Source: Candidatus Velthaea sp. (GTDB lineage: Bacteria > Vulcanimicrobiota > Vulcanimicrobiia > Vulcanimicrobiales > Vulcanimicrobiaceae). From it: 64,000 bases of DNA. The translations under genes and the position numbers were made by a program. The notes below the pieces were generated by a model, which made no database searches, was not told the DNA's origin, and saw only the letters and a list, made by a program, of their open reading frames with translations. The stretch spans positions 239,089 to 303,088 of the forward strand of contig CBDCCS010000021.1 of assembly GCA_965214935.1 (NCBI GenBank), in the 5' to 3' direction. Below, in pieces: positions 10,039 through 18,336 of the stretch (position 1 is the stretch's first letter; each line of letters begins with the position of its first letter).

Positions 10039-12465
10039 TCACTCGACGGTCAGCGCGATTGTCGCCGCTCCGACATCGCCGTCCGCAGTAACCTTCAAGA
10101 TGGAAAGCACGTACGATCCTCGTTCCTGCGGCATGGTGAGGGCGACGGTCGAGCCGGCATTTTGCTCGACCCGCCAGACCAGCGCGCGCGGAGCGGCGGC
10201 CGCCAGCGTCGCGTCGGTCCGCTCTGCCGCACGCGGCCGGTCGAACGCAAAGATATTGCCGGCCGTCGAGCGCGCCGGCGCGACCCACGCATGCCAAGCC
10301 GGATCGTCGGATGCGGGATCCTGCGACGTCGTGCCGGCGGCAGCCAAGCTTTCCGGCGCGTTGACGAAGTCGGCGCCCTGTGCCGGGATGCCGTCGGCTA
10401 AGCGCAGCGCAACGGTCGAGGTCTCGTGCCCCCCGCCGTCGGCAATCGTGATGGTCGCGACGCTGCCGGCGGTGTAGGTCGCCCGGTCGGCGTGCAAGAC
10501 CGTGATGCGCGGATGTCCGGGTCCATCGACGGCGACGGCGCGCGTGCCGTACGTCAGCGCGCCGTCGCGTACGAAAGCAACGCCGGCTTCAACATCACCG
10601 ACGGTATCGGGTACGCTTAGGTTTGCGCCGGCACGCCCGTCGCGGACCGCAACGCGCACGGCCGCAAACGAGCGCGCGCCGTCGAGCGTCACGAACGCAT
10701 CGCCGGATGCGCCGGCCAAGTTCGCGCTGAGATCGACGCGCGCGTTGACTTTGTAGCGGTCGCGCGCGAAGTCGATCCGGATCTCACCGCTGCGGCCGCT
10801 GCCGCCGGCGGATACGGCGCTCGGTTCGACGGCGACGGCAGCAGCATCCAAAATGTACCGGTCGCCGCTGCGTGCGCTGGCCGTAATGAGGCTTGTGCCC
10901 GGAACGGGATCGCGAAACGTCGCGCGCGCCCGGCCGCCGGAATCGAGCACCACGGCGGTTCGCGCGCTGTTCGCGCCGTGCGTTAGGCGTACGTCGACGG
11001 GCAGTCCGGCGACCGGGGTGCCGTCCAGCGGATGAAAACCGCGAACGTCGACGATCGCCGCTTCGCCGACGTTGAGCGAACTGTGCTCGCACGTGACCGC
11101 TAGGGCCACGGTTGCCGTCGGGGTCACCAGCCGCGACGATACCGTTGCGCCGCCGCTTTGGGCCGTAATGCCGTACGTCGACGCCAGTTCATCGCCGGGC
11201 GCCGGCAAAACGACGTGCGCGACACCCGTCGCGTCGGTGCGTACGCGGCGGTCGAGAATGACGGTCGTGGCCCAAGCCGGTGCATCATCCGGCGTCCCGG
11301 GCGCCAGCACGTGCGGCGTGCGCACGACCCGCACGCGAACGTCGCGATCGGGCTGCGGGACGCCGGATTTTTCCAACGTGACGCCGACCGGAATATCTAC
11401 GTTCGCCCCGCACGCACCCCCACCGCACTCCGGCACGATCGTGAGCGTCGCATCGCCGACGGACTCGACGTGCAGCGATGCCCCGCCCGTTGCGCCATTC
11501 GCACTTGCCAGCACCGCCACGTCGCCCGCGGGTGCATCGGCGGGCAACGTCACCTCGGTGTTAAAGGCGCCGGCGGAATCGAGTTTGGGACTCGCCGCCA
11601 GCAACGCCCGGCCGCGCGTAACGATGCTCAGCCGAACGTTGCCCGCAGCCGGACGCATCTCGGGACCCCGACGCACGCGCGCAAAGCCGACGACATGCAA
11701 CGCCTCGCCGGCATGCACGACGCCGCGATCGAGCCGTAAGCCGACCACCGCCGCCGGTTCGGGCGGAACGGGTACGAAGTTGAGAAATGCGAAGCTGCGG
11801 CCCCATTCCGCGAGCGCGAAGCGCGGGCGCGCACCGCTCAAGCGCACGATGCCGTCGGCGCCGGTTTTGCCGTACGTGAATGCCGCTCCGTTCAAGTACG
11901 TGAGGCGCATGCCGCTTAGGGCGCGGCCGGTTCCAAGGTCCGCGCCATACAACACGATGCCGCCCGGCGATTCTTTACTGAGCAGCCCGATGCGCGACAG
12001 GTTGAGCCAAACTTGTTGCGTGGCTTGTCCGCGCCGCGCTTCGATAACGAAGAAACCTTCGCGCCCGCCGAGCGGAACGGCAACTTCATTGGACTCGAAC
12101 TTCAAGCCGATCGGCGGGGTAAACCGCCAGGCGGCGACCGCTTTGCGTCTGGTGGTGTCGATTGCACGCGGTCGCGCATTGGCGCCCGCGACGAGCACGT
12201 CCGCCGGGTCGACTTGATACGCCGCCAAGTTGACCGGAGCACCGCTATAGGTGTCGAGCCGTACCGTTACGGGTTTCCACGGCACTTGCGTATCGCGCGA
12301 GAACAACGCAAAATACGCGTCCCACTTGCCCGAATCGAGTAACGCACGCGCGGCTTGCAACGGCGTCAGCGTGGCCAAGACGAACGCCAGCACGCCGAGT
12401 GACGCAAACAACTTAGTAATCGTAGTGTATCGTTCCCATCGTGGTTGACTGAGCCCGAAATGCAA
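10039..12465 (-). CDS. Large secreted or membrane-anchored protein with repeated beta-sandwich modules (alpha-2-macroglobulin MG-like / Ig-like), no thioester motif seen
   Basis: 808-aa ORF with an N-terminal hydrophobic segment LFASLGVLAFVLATLTPLQAARA. Repeated segments resemble MG/Big domains (GMRLTYLNGAAFTYGKTGADGIVRL; VRVRVVRTPHV...; DVRLTHGANSARTAVVLDSGGRARATF). No CxEQ thioester. TTG 12411, 1 nt after the upstream stop, is an alternative start. Confidence 0.55.
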   Translation of the reverse strand: MHFGLSQPRWERYTTITKLFASLGVLAFVLATLTPLQAARALLDSGKWDAYFALFSRDTQVPWKPVTVRLDTYSGAPVNLAAYQVDPADVLVAGANARPRAIDTTRRKAVAAWRFTPPIGLKFESNEVAVPLGGREGFFVIEARRGQATQQVWLNLSRIGLLSKESPGGIVLYGADLGTGRALSGMRLTYLNGAAFTYGKTGADGIVRLSGARPRFALAEWGRSFAFLNFVPVPPEPAAVVGLRLDRGVVHAGEALHVVGFARVRRGPEMRPAAGNVRLSIVTRGRALLAASPKLDSAGAFNTEVTLPADAPAGDVAVLASANGATGGASLHVESVGDATLTIVPECGGGACGANVDIPVGVTLEKSGVPQPDRDVRVRVVRTPHVLAPGTPDDAPAWATTVILDRRVRTDATGVAHVVLPAPGDELASTYGITAQSGGATVSSRLVTPTATVALAVTCEHSSLNVGEAAIVDVRGFHPLDGTPVAGLPVDVRLTHGANSARTAVVLDSGGRARATFRDPVPGTSLITASARSGDRYILDAAAVAVEPSAVSAGGSGRSGEIRIDFARDRYKVNARVDLSANLAGASGDAFVTLDGARSFAAVRVAVRDGRAGANLSVPDTVGDVEAGVAFVRDGALTYGTRAVAVDGPGHPRITVLHADRATYTAGSVATITIADGGGHETSTVALRLADGIPAQGADFVNAPESLAAAGTTSQDPASDDPAWHAWVAPARSTAGNIFAFDRPRAAERTDATLAAAAPRALVWRVEQNAGSTVALTMPQERGSYVLSILKVTADGDVGAATIALTVE

Positions 12466-12820
12466 TCGTCAGCGTTCGCTTTTCCCCGGGTTTGATCGGA
12501 CTGAGATCGTTCGATATTCCAGCCAGCGCGGAGGCTCCGCTATCGACTGCGAAATACCGTTCGCCGGTACGGTCGATGAGCGCGAAGCGTGCAATCGCCG
12601 GCACCAGCGCCGCGCTTTGGTCGTTCGTTATTTCGACCTTGGCGATAACGTACGTTACGGGACCGGCGCCGATCGCATTACGCGAATCGCTGCTGTCGAC
12701 GAAGCTCGACTGGACGACGACGACCGTACCGCTGCCGTTAATGAGCGTCGTGTCGTCGGCCTGACGGCATGCGCCAAGCCCGAACGACAGCAACAAAGCG
12801 CAGGCCAGTCGTCTGTGCAT
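12413..12820 (-). CDS. Lipoprotein, DUF4352-like
   Basis: 135 aa with signal plus lipobox MHRRLACALLLSFGLGAC. The body resembles the DUF4352 beta-sandwich (VIAKVEITNDQSAALVPAIARFALIDRTGERY ... IKPGEKRTLTIAF). Confidence 0.7.
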   Translation of the reverse strand: MHRRLACALLLSFGLGACRQADDTTLINGSGTVVVVQSSFVDSSDSRNAIGAGPVTYVIAKVEITNDQSAALVPAIARFALIDRTGERYFAVDSGASALAGISNDLSPIKPGEKRTLTIAFRAQSTTMGTIHYDY

Positions 12821-12883
12821 AGCACCGGCGGGTTCGGCGTATTCCAGGAGGCGTCCCGTGCTGCACGACCAAATGCATTTACG

Positions 12884-13051
12884 GTGGATGATGAGCGTCT
12901 CAATGGATCCACGTCGCTACCGTGCCGCTTCTGCGGAAGCGATGCGGACGAACCGGATGAAAAAGCACTACGCGAACGTGCCGGGACATTTCAAGTGATC
13001 GTGGCCTGCGCATCGTGTGGCGCTGCGTTCGCCGCGCTTTCACGCAATTAA
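12884..13051 (+). CDS. Possible 55-aa zinc-ribbon protein (CxxC-N24-CxxC)
   Basis: GTG 12884 to TAA 13049-51 gives VDDERLNGSTSLPCRFCGSDADEPDEKALRERAGTFQVIVACASCGAAFAALSRN. The stop abuts the next gene's GTG (TAAGTG). There is no Shine-Dalgarno, and a competing 46-codon ORF in another frame does have GGAGG. Confidence 0.25.
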   Translation: MDDERLNGSTSLPCRFCGSDADEPDEKALRERAGTFQVIVACASCGAAFAALSRN

Positions 13052-13609
13052 GTGCGGCTTGCAGCAGCCGCTTTGGTCGCAATCTTGGCCGTTGCGCCGG
13101 CCGCGATAGCGGCTGCGATCCCGAGTCCGCATCCCGCGCCGGCAAGGTCCGCAGCGCCCGCGCGAATCGATCTTAATAAGCTGCAGCCGAAAACGCTGCT
13201 GCCCAAGCGCGCAGAGCACCAAGAATACGTTGTTGAGGTGAACAAACTCGGACAAGTCGCGCGCGTTCGCACCGAGCACGGTAACGGCGACCCGACGTTC
13301 AACGCGCAAACGTACGGGAATGCGCTTCAGGCGTTTATCCGCACGCCGGACGGACACGTCGTGCTCGGCACGTACCGGCTGGCGTACGACTTCGATCCCA
13401 AAACAAGTCGCGTCCGGCGCGAAGTGACGTTGATCAGTCAAGGCGGCGTCAATCCGGATGCCAAAGGCGCCGTCGCCGACCTGCTGAGCAAAGTTCATTC
13501 GCATACGCCGATTCCAATTGCGCCGAATGCCGGGTCGGCAATCGATCCGCGCACGTTACCCGACTTGAATCGCGTCATTCCGCCCTCACCGAGCCCCTCG
13601 GCGCACTAA
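13052..13609 (+). CDS. Hypothetical secreted protein (possible TonB-C-like fold)
   Basis: 185 aa with signal peptide MRLAAAALVAILAVAPAAIAAA. The core EYVVEVNKLGQVARVRTEHGNGDPTFNAQTYGNALQAFIRTPDG loosely resembles TonB C-terminal domains. This is a weak by-eye call. Confidence 0.5.
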   Translation: MRLAAAALVAILAVAPAAIAAAIPSPHPAPARSAAPARIDLNKLQPKTLLPKRAEHQEYVVEVNKLGQVARVRTEHGNGDPTFNAQTYGNALQAFIRTPDGHVVLGTYRLAYDFDPKTSRVRREVTLISQGGVNPDAKGAVADLLSKVHSHTPIPIAPNAGSAIDPRTLPDLNRVIPPSPSPSAH

Positions 13610-13613
13610 CGGC

Positions 13614-14234
13614 ATGCTCGTCGCAGACGAACGATCGGGCGCACTGGGGTTACTCGAGCGTACGTCGCATGCACGAGCGTTTGCCGCCGGACCCTTACCG
13701 CCGATGGCGTTGCGCCGCGTCGTCGATGCCGGCCGTTTTGCACCGTCGCTGTTCGACACCCAGCCGGTGCGCTTCGTGGTCGTTCGCGATCCGGCAACGT
13801 ACGAGCGGTTACGAGCGGGTTGTAATAAGTCGCGCGACACGTTCATGAGACTGCGCGGCATTTTCGGGCGACTCAACGCGCGGCTGCGCCGGCCCGAATA
13901 TCAGGCGGGCTTATTACGGCAGCAGCACGGCGACGTTGTTCCGCCGAACGGCGTTGCGATCGTCCTGTTACAAGATGATTCGTATCCGGAATCAAGTGAA
14001 GCATGCGCGTGCGCGCTCATGGCGATGGCGCTCGAAGCGACGGCGTGCGGGTTGGCCAGTCAATTCACTAGTTGGACGCGCGGTTTGGCGTTCGATAAGA
14101 AGATGGTCGCGCTGCTCGGTGTTCCCAAGGGCTTCAAAATTTTCACGAGTATCGTTATCGGCAATCCGGTCGAGCCGTTGACGGCGCGCCGCAAAAAACG
14201 GCGCAGCGCCGACGACGCCGTTCGCTGGTTGTGA
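13614..14234 (+). CDS. Nitroreductase family protein
   Basis: 206 aa. N-terminal nitroreductase-type segment LLERTSHARAFAAGPLPPMALRRVVDAGRFAPSLFDTQPVRFVVV and a C-terminal FTSIVIGNPV segment. Confidence 0.8.
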   Translation: MLVADERSGALGLLERTSHARAFAAGPLPPMALRRVVDAGRFAPSLFDTQPVRFVVVRDPATYERLRAGCNKSRDTFMRLRGIFGRLNARLRRPEYQAGLLRQQHGDVVPPNGVAIVLLQDDSYPESSEACACALMAMALEATACGLASQFTSWTRGLAFDKKMVALLGVPKGFKIFTSIVIGNPVEPLTARRKKRRSADDAVRWL

Positions 14235-14515
14235 CGCGGCGCGACCGGCCGCGACAAGTCAAACGCGCGCCCGGTGAATCGATGATGGATTTCTACCTGC
14301 GGAATCGGGCGAACATCGATACGTCGATCGACCGCGATGTCGAGCGCTCGTGCACGTCCAAACAACAGTACGCCAGCGAAGCGCAAGCACGCGCGATTGC
14401 AACGATGCAAGGCATGAGCGGAAGCTTATTCACCTATCACTGCCGGTATTGCGAGTTTTGGCACTTGACGCGCCGGCCGACGTCCGGCGGAACGCCCGAC
14501 ATTATCGACGATTAG
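14231..14515 (+). CDS. Small hypothetical protein with C-terminal YHCRYCEFWHLT motif
   Basis: GTG 14231 overlaps the nitroreductase stop (GTGA); ATG 14282 is an alternative start. The C-terminal motif K-x2-Y-x-S-x3-A ... Y-x-C-x2-C-x2-WHLT recurs in small uncharacterised bacterial and phage proteins. Confidence 0.4.
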   Translation: MTRRDRPRQVKRAPGESMMDFYLRNRANIDTSIDRDVERSCTSKQQYASEAQARAIATMQGMSGSLFTYHCRYCEFWHLTRRPTSGGTPDIIDD

Positions 14516-15354
14516 GCGCGGGCGCCGGCCAGCCGCGCGCCTTTCGGCCGATACGCCGTTTGCCCCAGTGACGTAAAAACGTCCGCTGCATAAGAGATAT
14601 TTTCCGAATGGCCGGTCACGAGCAGCCCGTCGTCGGCGATCAGTCCGCCGAAGCGTTGCAAGATACGTTGCTGCAGCGGTTGCTCGAAGTAGATCAAAAC
14701 GTTGCGGCAGATGATGATGTCGAGATTGCCGGGCACGGGCCACGCCGGCTCTTGTAAGTTGATGACCCGGTAATCGATCATCGTTCGCAGCGCCGGGCGG
14801 ACCCGCGCGAAGCCGGTATTCGGACCGTCACCGCGTTGGAAGAAACGTGCACGTCTGCGGTCGGAAACCGTGTTGAGCCGCTCGAGCGCGTACACGCCGC
14901 GCTGCGCGTGCGCAAGGACATCGGTGTCGATGTCGCTGGCGATGATTTCAACCGGCGGAGTCTCGGAGTCGTACGCTTCGATCATTGCCATTGCAATCGA
15001 ATACGGCTCTTCGCCCGTCGACGCTGCGGCACACCAGATGCGGATGCGCGGCAGACGCCGCCGCTTGACGTAATCCGCCATGATCGTGAAGTGATGCGCT
15101 TCGCGAAAGAACGAGGTAAGATTGGTGGTCAGCGCGTTGACGCACGCCTCCCATTCGGCCGGGTCGTTTTCCGCAAGATCGAGGTATGTATCGAAACGAT
15201 CGAGACGCTGCGCCCGCAACCGGCGCGCGAGCCGGTTATACACCATGCTGCGCTTCGATTCGGCAAGCGAGATTCCGCAATGTGCGTGTAGCATGCGCCG
15301 GATCCGGTTGAAATCCGTCGTGCTAAATGAGAACTCTCGATCGGACTCAGCCAC
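14512..15354 (-). CDS. cheR: Chemotaxis protein methyltransferase CheR
   Basis: 280 aa. N-terminal helical domain FNRIRRMLHAHCGISLAESKRSMVYNRLARRL. SAM-dependent domain motifs TNLTSFFREAHHF, IRIWCAAASTGEEPYSIAM and DIIICRNVLIYF. Confidence 0.9.
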   Translation of the reverse strand: MAESDREFSFSTTDFNRIRRMLHAHCGISLAESKRSMVYNRLARRLRAQRLDRFDTYLDLAENDPAEWEACVNALTTNLTSFFREAHHFTIMADYVKRRRLPRIRIWCAAASTGEEPYSIAMAMIEAYDSETPPVEIIASDIDTDVLAHAQRGVYALERLNTVSDRRRARFFQRGDGPNTGFARVRPALRTMIDYRVINLQEPAWPVPGNLDIIICRNVLIYFEQPLQQRILQRFGGLIADDGLLVTGHSENISYAADVFTSLGQTAYRPKGARLAGARA

Positions 15355-15562
15355 GGCGACTTCGGCGAAGAAACCGTGCGAGATTGCGAGCTGCGGCAGT
15401 CAAATGTTGCTCCAGGGCATGCGGCATCCCGTAACGGCAGCAAAGAGTCGGTATGAGGGTCTTCGGACGCCGGGCGGCCGCGCTTTAGCGGCCGCGTCCC
15501 GGGTATGCCGAGCCGCCGGTTGAACTGCAGCTGAGCGGCTACAGTTGCCCAAGGAGGTTTGT

Positions 15563-16447
15563 GTGCGCTTCGTTTCTTTCTCCGCTGCGTCCGGCGCGCG
15601 GCGCCCGGGCGTCTGCTCGGGCGACGCGGTCGCGGCGTTCCGCCCGCCGGTCGATTCGCTCGAAGCGTTCATCGCGCTCGACCGGGCAGCGCGCGTCGAC
15701 GCCTTGACCGCGCTTGAAGCGCCGGTAGCGCTCGCGACGGTCACCCTGCTCGCGCCGCTCGCGCCGCGCAAAAACGTCTTTTGCATCGGCCGCAATTATC
15801 TCGCTCACGCACAGGAAAGCTCGCGTGCACGCGGTGAGGCCGACCTCACTTTGCCCGCCGTTCCGACGATCTTTACCAAGGCGCCGACGGCAATCGCCGG
15901 CCCGGATACGACGCTGCGGTTATCGCCGGGCGTGAGTTCGCAATATGATTGGGAAGCCGAGCTGGCCGCAATCGTCGGCGAACGCTGCAAAGACGTCGCC
16001 GAAGCCGATGCGCTCGCAATGGTCTTCGGTTACACGTGTCTGAACGACGTTACCGCGCGCGATTTGCAACGTTCGCATCAGCAATGGTTTAAAGGAAAAT
16101 CACTCGACGACACGTGTCCGCTCGGACCATGGCTCGTCGATGCCGCCGAGATCGGCGATCCGCAGAATCTGGACATCGCGCTGCGCCACAACGGCGTTAC
16201 CCGGCAGCATTCGAACACCCGAGCGATGATCTTCAACATCGCGCGGATCATTGCCGAGCTCTCGAAAGGGATGACGCTCGAGCCGGGCGACATCATCGCA
16301 ACCGGGACGCCGGACGGCGTCGGCTTCGCCATGGAGCCGCCGGTTTTTCTCGCTGACGGCGACGTCATGGAAGTCGAGATCGAGCGCATCGGCGTCTTGC
16401 GCAACACGATCGCGCTGAGCCGCCCGGCCGAACTGGCGGCGCGTTGA
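15563..16447 (+). CDS. Fumarylacetoacetate hydrolase (FAH) family protein
   Basis: Motifs NVFCIGRNYLAHAQES, DWEAELAAIVG, GYTCLNDVTARDLQ and GDIIATGTPDGVG. GGAGG at 15553-57 lies 5 nt before GTG 15563. Confidence 0.9.
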   Translation: MRFVSFSAASGARRPGVCSGDAVAAFRPPVDSLEAFIALDRAARVDALTALEAPVALATVTLLAPLAPRKNVFCIGRNYLAHAQESSRARGEADLTLPAVPTIFTKAPTAIAGPDTTLRLSPGVSSQYDWEAELAAIVGERCKDVAEADALAMVFGYTCLNDVTARDLQRSHQQWFKGKSLDDTCPLGPWLVDAAEIGDPQNLDIALRHNGVTRQHSNTRAMIFNIARIIAELSKGMTLEPGDIIATGTPDGVGFAMEPPVFLADGDVMEVEIERIGVLRNTIALSRPAELAAR

Positions 16448-16812
16448 TCGGAACGATCGTTGCTGCTCTGGGCGGCTTTGCATTCACGGCAGTCGGCATC
16501 GGCGCGCTCGTCGCTCCGGGAACGTCGAGCACGCAGTACGGCTTGCCCACCTCCGACCCGGCGGCACTCGCGCTCGTGCGAGCAGTCGGTGCGCGCGATA
16601 TCGTGCTGGGCGCACTGGTGCTGCTGCTGCTTGCGCGGCACGATCGTGATGCGGTCGCGCTCGTGCTGTCGGTATCGGTCCTTGCTGCCGCCGGTGATGC
16701 GACTGCCGTCTTGACCGGACGTAGCGATGCAGAGCTGCGGCACGTCGCCGTTCATCTCTGCGGTGCAGGCGCATTGCTTGCGGCGGCGGCGCTGCTGCGA
16801 AGCGAGCGCTGA
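16444..16812 (+). CDS. Small membrane protein, DUF4267-like
   Basis: 122 aa with 4 hydrophobic segments (ALGGFAFTAVGIGALVAP ... RAVGARDIVLGALVLLLL). The TTG start overlaps the FAH stop (TTGA). Confidence 0.55.
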   Translation: MIGTIVAALGGFAFTAVGIGALVAPGTSSTQYGLPTSDPAALALVRAVGARDIVLGALVLLLLARHDRDAVALVLSVSVLAAAGDATAVLTGRSDAELRHVAVHLCGAGALLAAAALLRSER

Positions 16813-16859
16813 TGCATCACGCTGAAGGACCGCAGCATGTAAGTTCCGATGTAAGGCGC

Positions 16860-18031
16860 ATGAAGATCGCCGTTCCCAAAGAACGCGGCGCCGGTGAAAA
16901 TCGCGTCGCGCTCATCCCTGAAACGATCGCGAAGTTCGTCAAAGCCGGGATCGGCGTTACGGTCGAACGCGGCGCGGGAACGGCCGCCTACTATCCGGAT
17001 TCGGCCTACGAAGCCGCCGGGGCGACGATCGCGCCGAGCGCCGCCGAATTGTATACCAGCGCCGATATCGTTACCCGCGTTGCAAAACCGACCGATGCCG
17101 AACTCGATGCATTACAACCCGGCACGATTGTCGTCGGCGTGCTCGCGCCGCTGGGCGATGCCGCGTCGGTCGAGCGCTATGCCCAACGCAAGCTCACCGC
17201 GCTGAGCATGGACACGATTCCGCGCACGACCAAGGCGCAAGCGATGGACGTGCTGTCGTCGCAAGCCAATATCGCCGGGTACAAAGCAGTGCTCATGGCC
17301 GCCGACGCGCTGCCCAAATATTTCCCGATGCTGACCACTGCGGCCGGGACGATCAAGCCCGCTCAAGTGCTCGTGCTCGGCGCGGGCGTCGCGGGTTTGC
17401 AGGCGATTGCGACGGCACGCCGGCTCGGTGCCGTCGTCATCGGTTACGACGTCCGTTCCGCGGTCAAAGAACAAGTGCAGTCGCTGGGAGCGAAGTTTCT
17501 CGAAATCGACGTCGGCGAGGCCGCCGAAGGTACCGGCGGCTACGCCAAAGAGCTGTCGCAAGAAGCGATTGCAAAACAGCGCGCCGCGATGGTGAAGGCC
17601 ATCGGCGCCGCCGACGCGGTTATCACGACGGCGGCAATCCCCGGCCGCCGCGCACCGTTGCTCGTCACCGCCGAAGCCGTTGCAGCGATGAAACCGGGCA
17701 GTGTCGTCGTCGATATTGCCGCCGAGACCGGCGGTAACTGCGAACTCACCCGCGCCGGTGAAACGTTCGTGAGCGATAACGGCGTCATCATCATCGGCGC
17801 GATCAACCTGCCCGCCACCGTCCCGACGCACGCGAGCCAGCTGTACAGTCGCAACGTGCAGACGCTGCTGGACTACATCATCAAGGATGGCGCGGTGAAA
17901 CTGGATTTGGACGATGAGATCGTGCGTGGCACGACGCTGGTCAACAACGTTCGATCGTCCATCAGCCGACAATCGACGCGCTTGCAACATCGCGCTCGGC
18001 CGCCGTATCGACTCCCGGAGGAACCGCTTGA
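16860..18031 (+). CDS. pntAA: NAD(P) transhydrogenase subunit alpha part 1, with an apparent single-base frameshift near 17946-17950
   Basis: Starts MKIAVPKERGAGENRVALIPETI and has the NAD(H) Rossmann motif VLVLGAGVAGLQAIATARRLGAVV. Frame-0 similarity ends at ...DDEIVRGTTLVNN. The expected C-terminus (R)SIVHQPTIDALATSRSAAVSTPGGTA* continues in another frame. It ends at TGA 18029-31, overlapping the pntAB TTG start. Confidence 0.85.
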
Positions 18032-18336
18032 GCGCTGCCCTTTTCACCGAACTCACCGTCTTTATTTTAGCGGTGTTCATCGGCGTCGAAGTCATTTCCA
18101 AGGTACCGACCACGCTGCATACGCCGTTGATGTCGGCGACCAACGCCATTCACGGAATCGTACTCGTCGGCGCCATTCTCGTTGCCGGCACGTTCGATGC
18201 GCCGTTCAACGCCGTCATCGGTATCGTTCTGGTTATCTTAGCATCGCTCAACGTCTTCGGCGGCTTCACCGTTACGGAACGTATGCTCGAGATGTTTAAA
18301 CCGCGCGTCGTGCAGCCCAAGAAAGAGCCCGAATAA
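18028..18336 (+). CDS. pntAB: NAD(P) transhydrogenase subunit alpha part 2
   Basis: TTG 18028 is preceded by GGAGG (18017-21). 102 aa, containing FILAVFIGVEVISKVPTTLHTPLMSATNAIHGIVLVGA. Confidence 0.85.
   Translation: MSAALFTELTVFILAVFIGVEVISKVPTTLHTPLMSATNAIHGIVLVGAILVAGTFDAPFNAVIGIVLVILASLNVFGGFTVTERMLEMFKPRVVQPKKEPE

Noticed and set aside
7388-10297. N-terminal extensions of track ORFs: polA to 10297, 43064..44332, 35521..36978, 53709..55076, 21768..22844, 22310..23989, 24000..25295, 24545..25402, 41975..42916, 48973..50097.
   Set aside because: The extensions are Arg-rich, overlap the upstream gene, and precede an internal start. That start aligns with the family N-terminus and often forms an ATGA or TAATG junction with the upstream stop.
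9101-10477. Long ORFs antisense to or out of frame with well-supported genes. Examples: 9101..10477 +, 11072..12217 +, 17112..18149 -, 38270..38971 -, 48475..49401 -, 57709..58854 -, 3345..4214 -.
   Set aside because: Their products are Arg/Ala/Pro/Gly-rich with no motifs. They lie opposite genes with strong family signatures. Long spurious ORFs of this kind are expected in GC-rich DNA, where stop codons are rare.
16812-18299. The single 495-aa ORF spanning pntAA and pntAB.
   Set aside because: The last 120 or so residues are Arg-rich read-through in the wrong frame across pntAB. The true pntAA C-terminus and the pntAB start are found in the other two frames.
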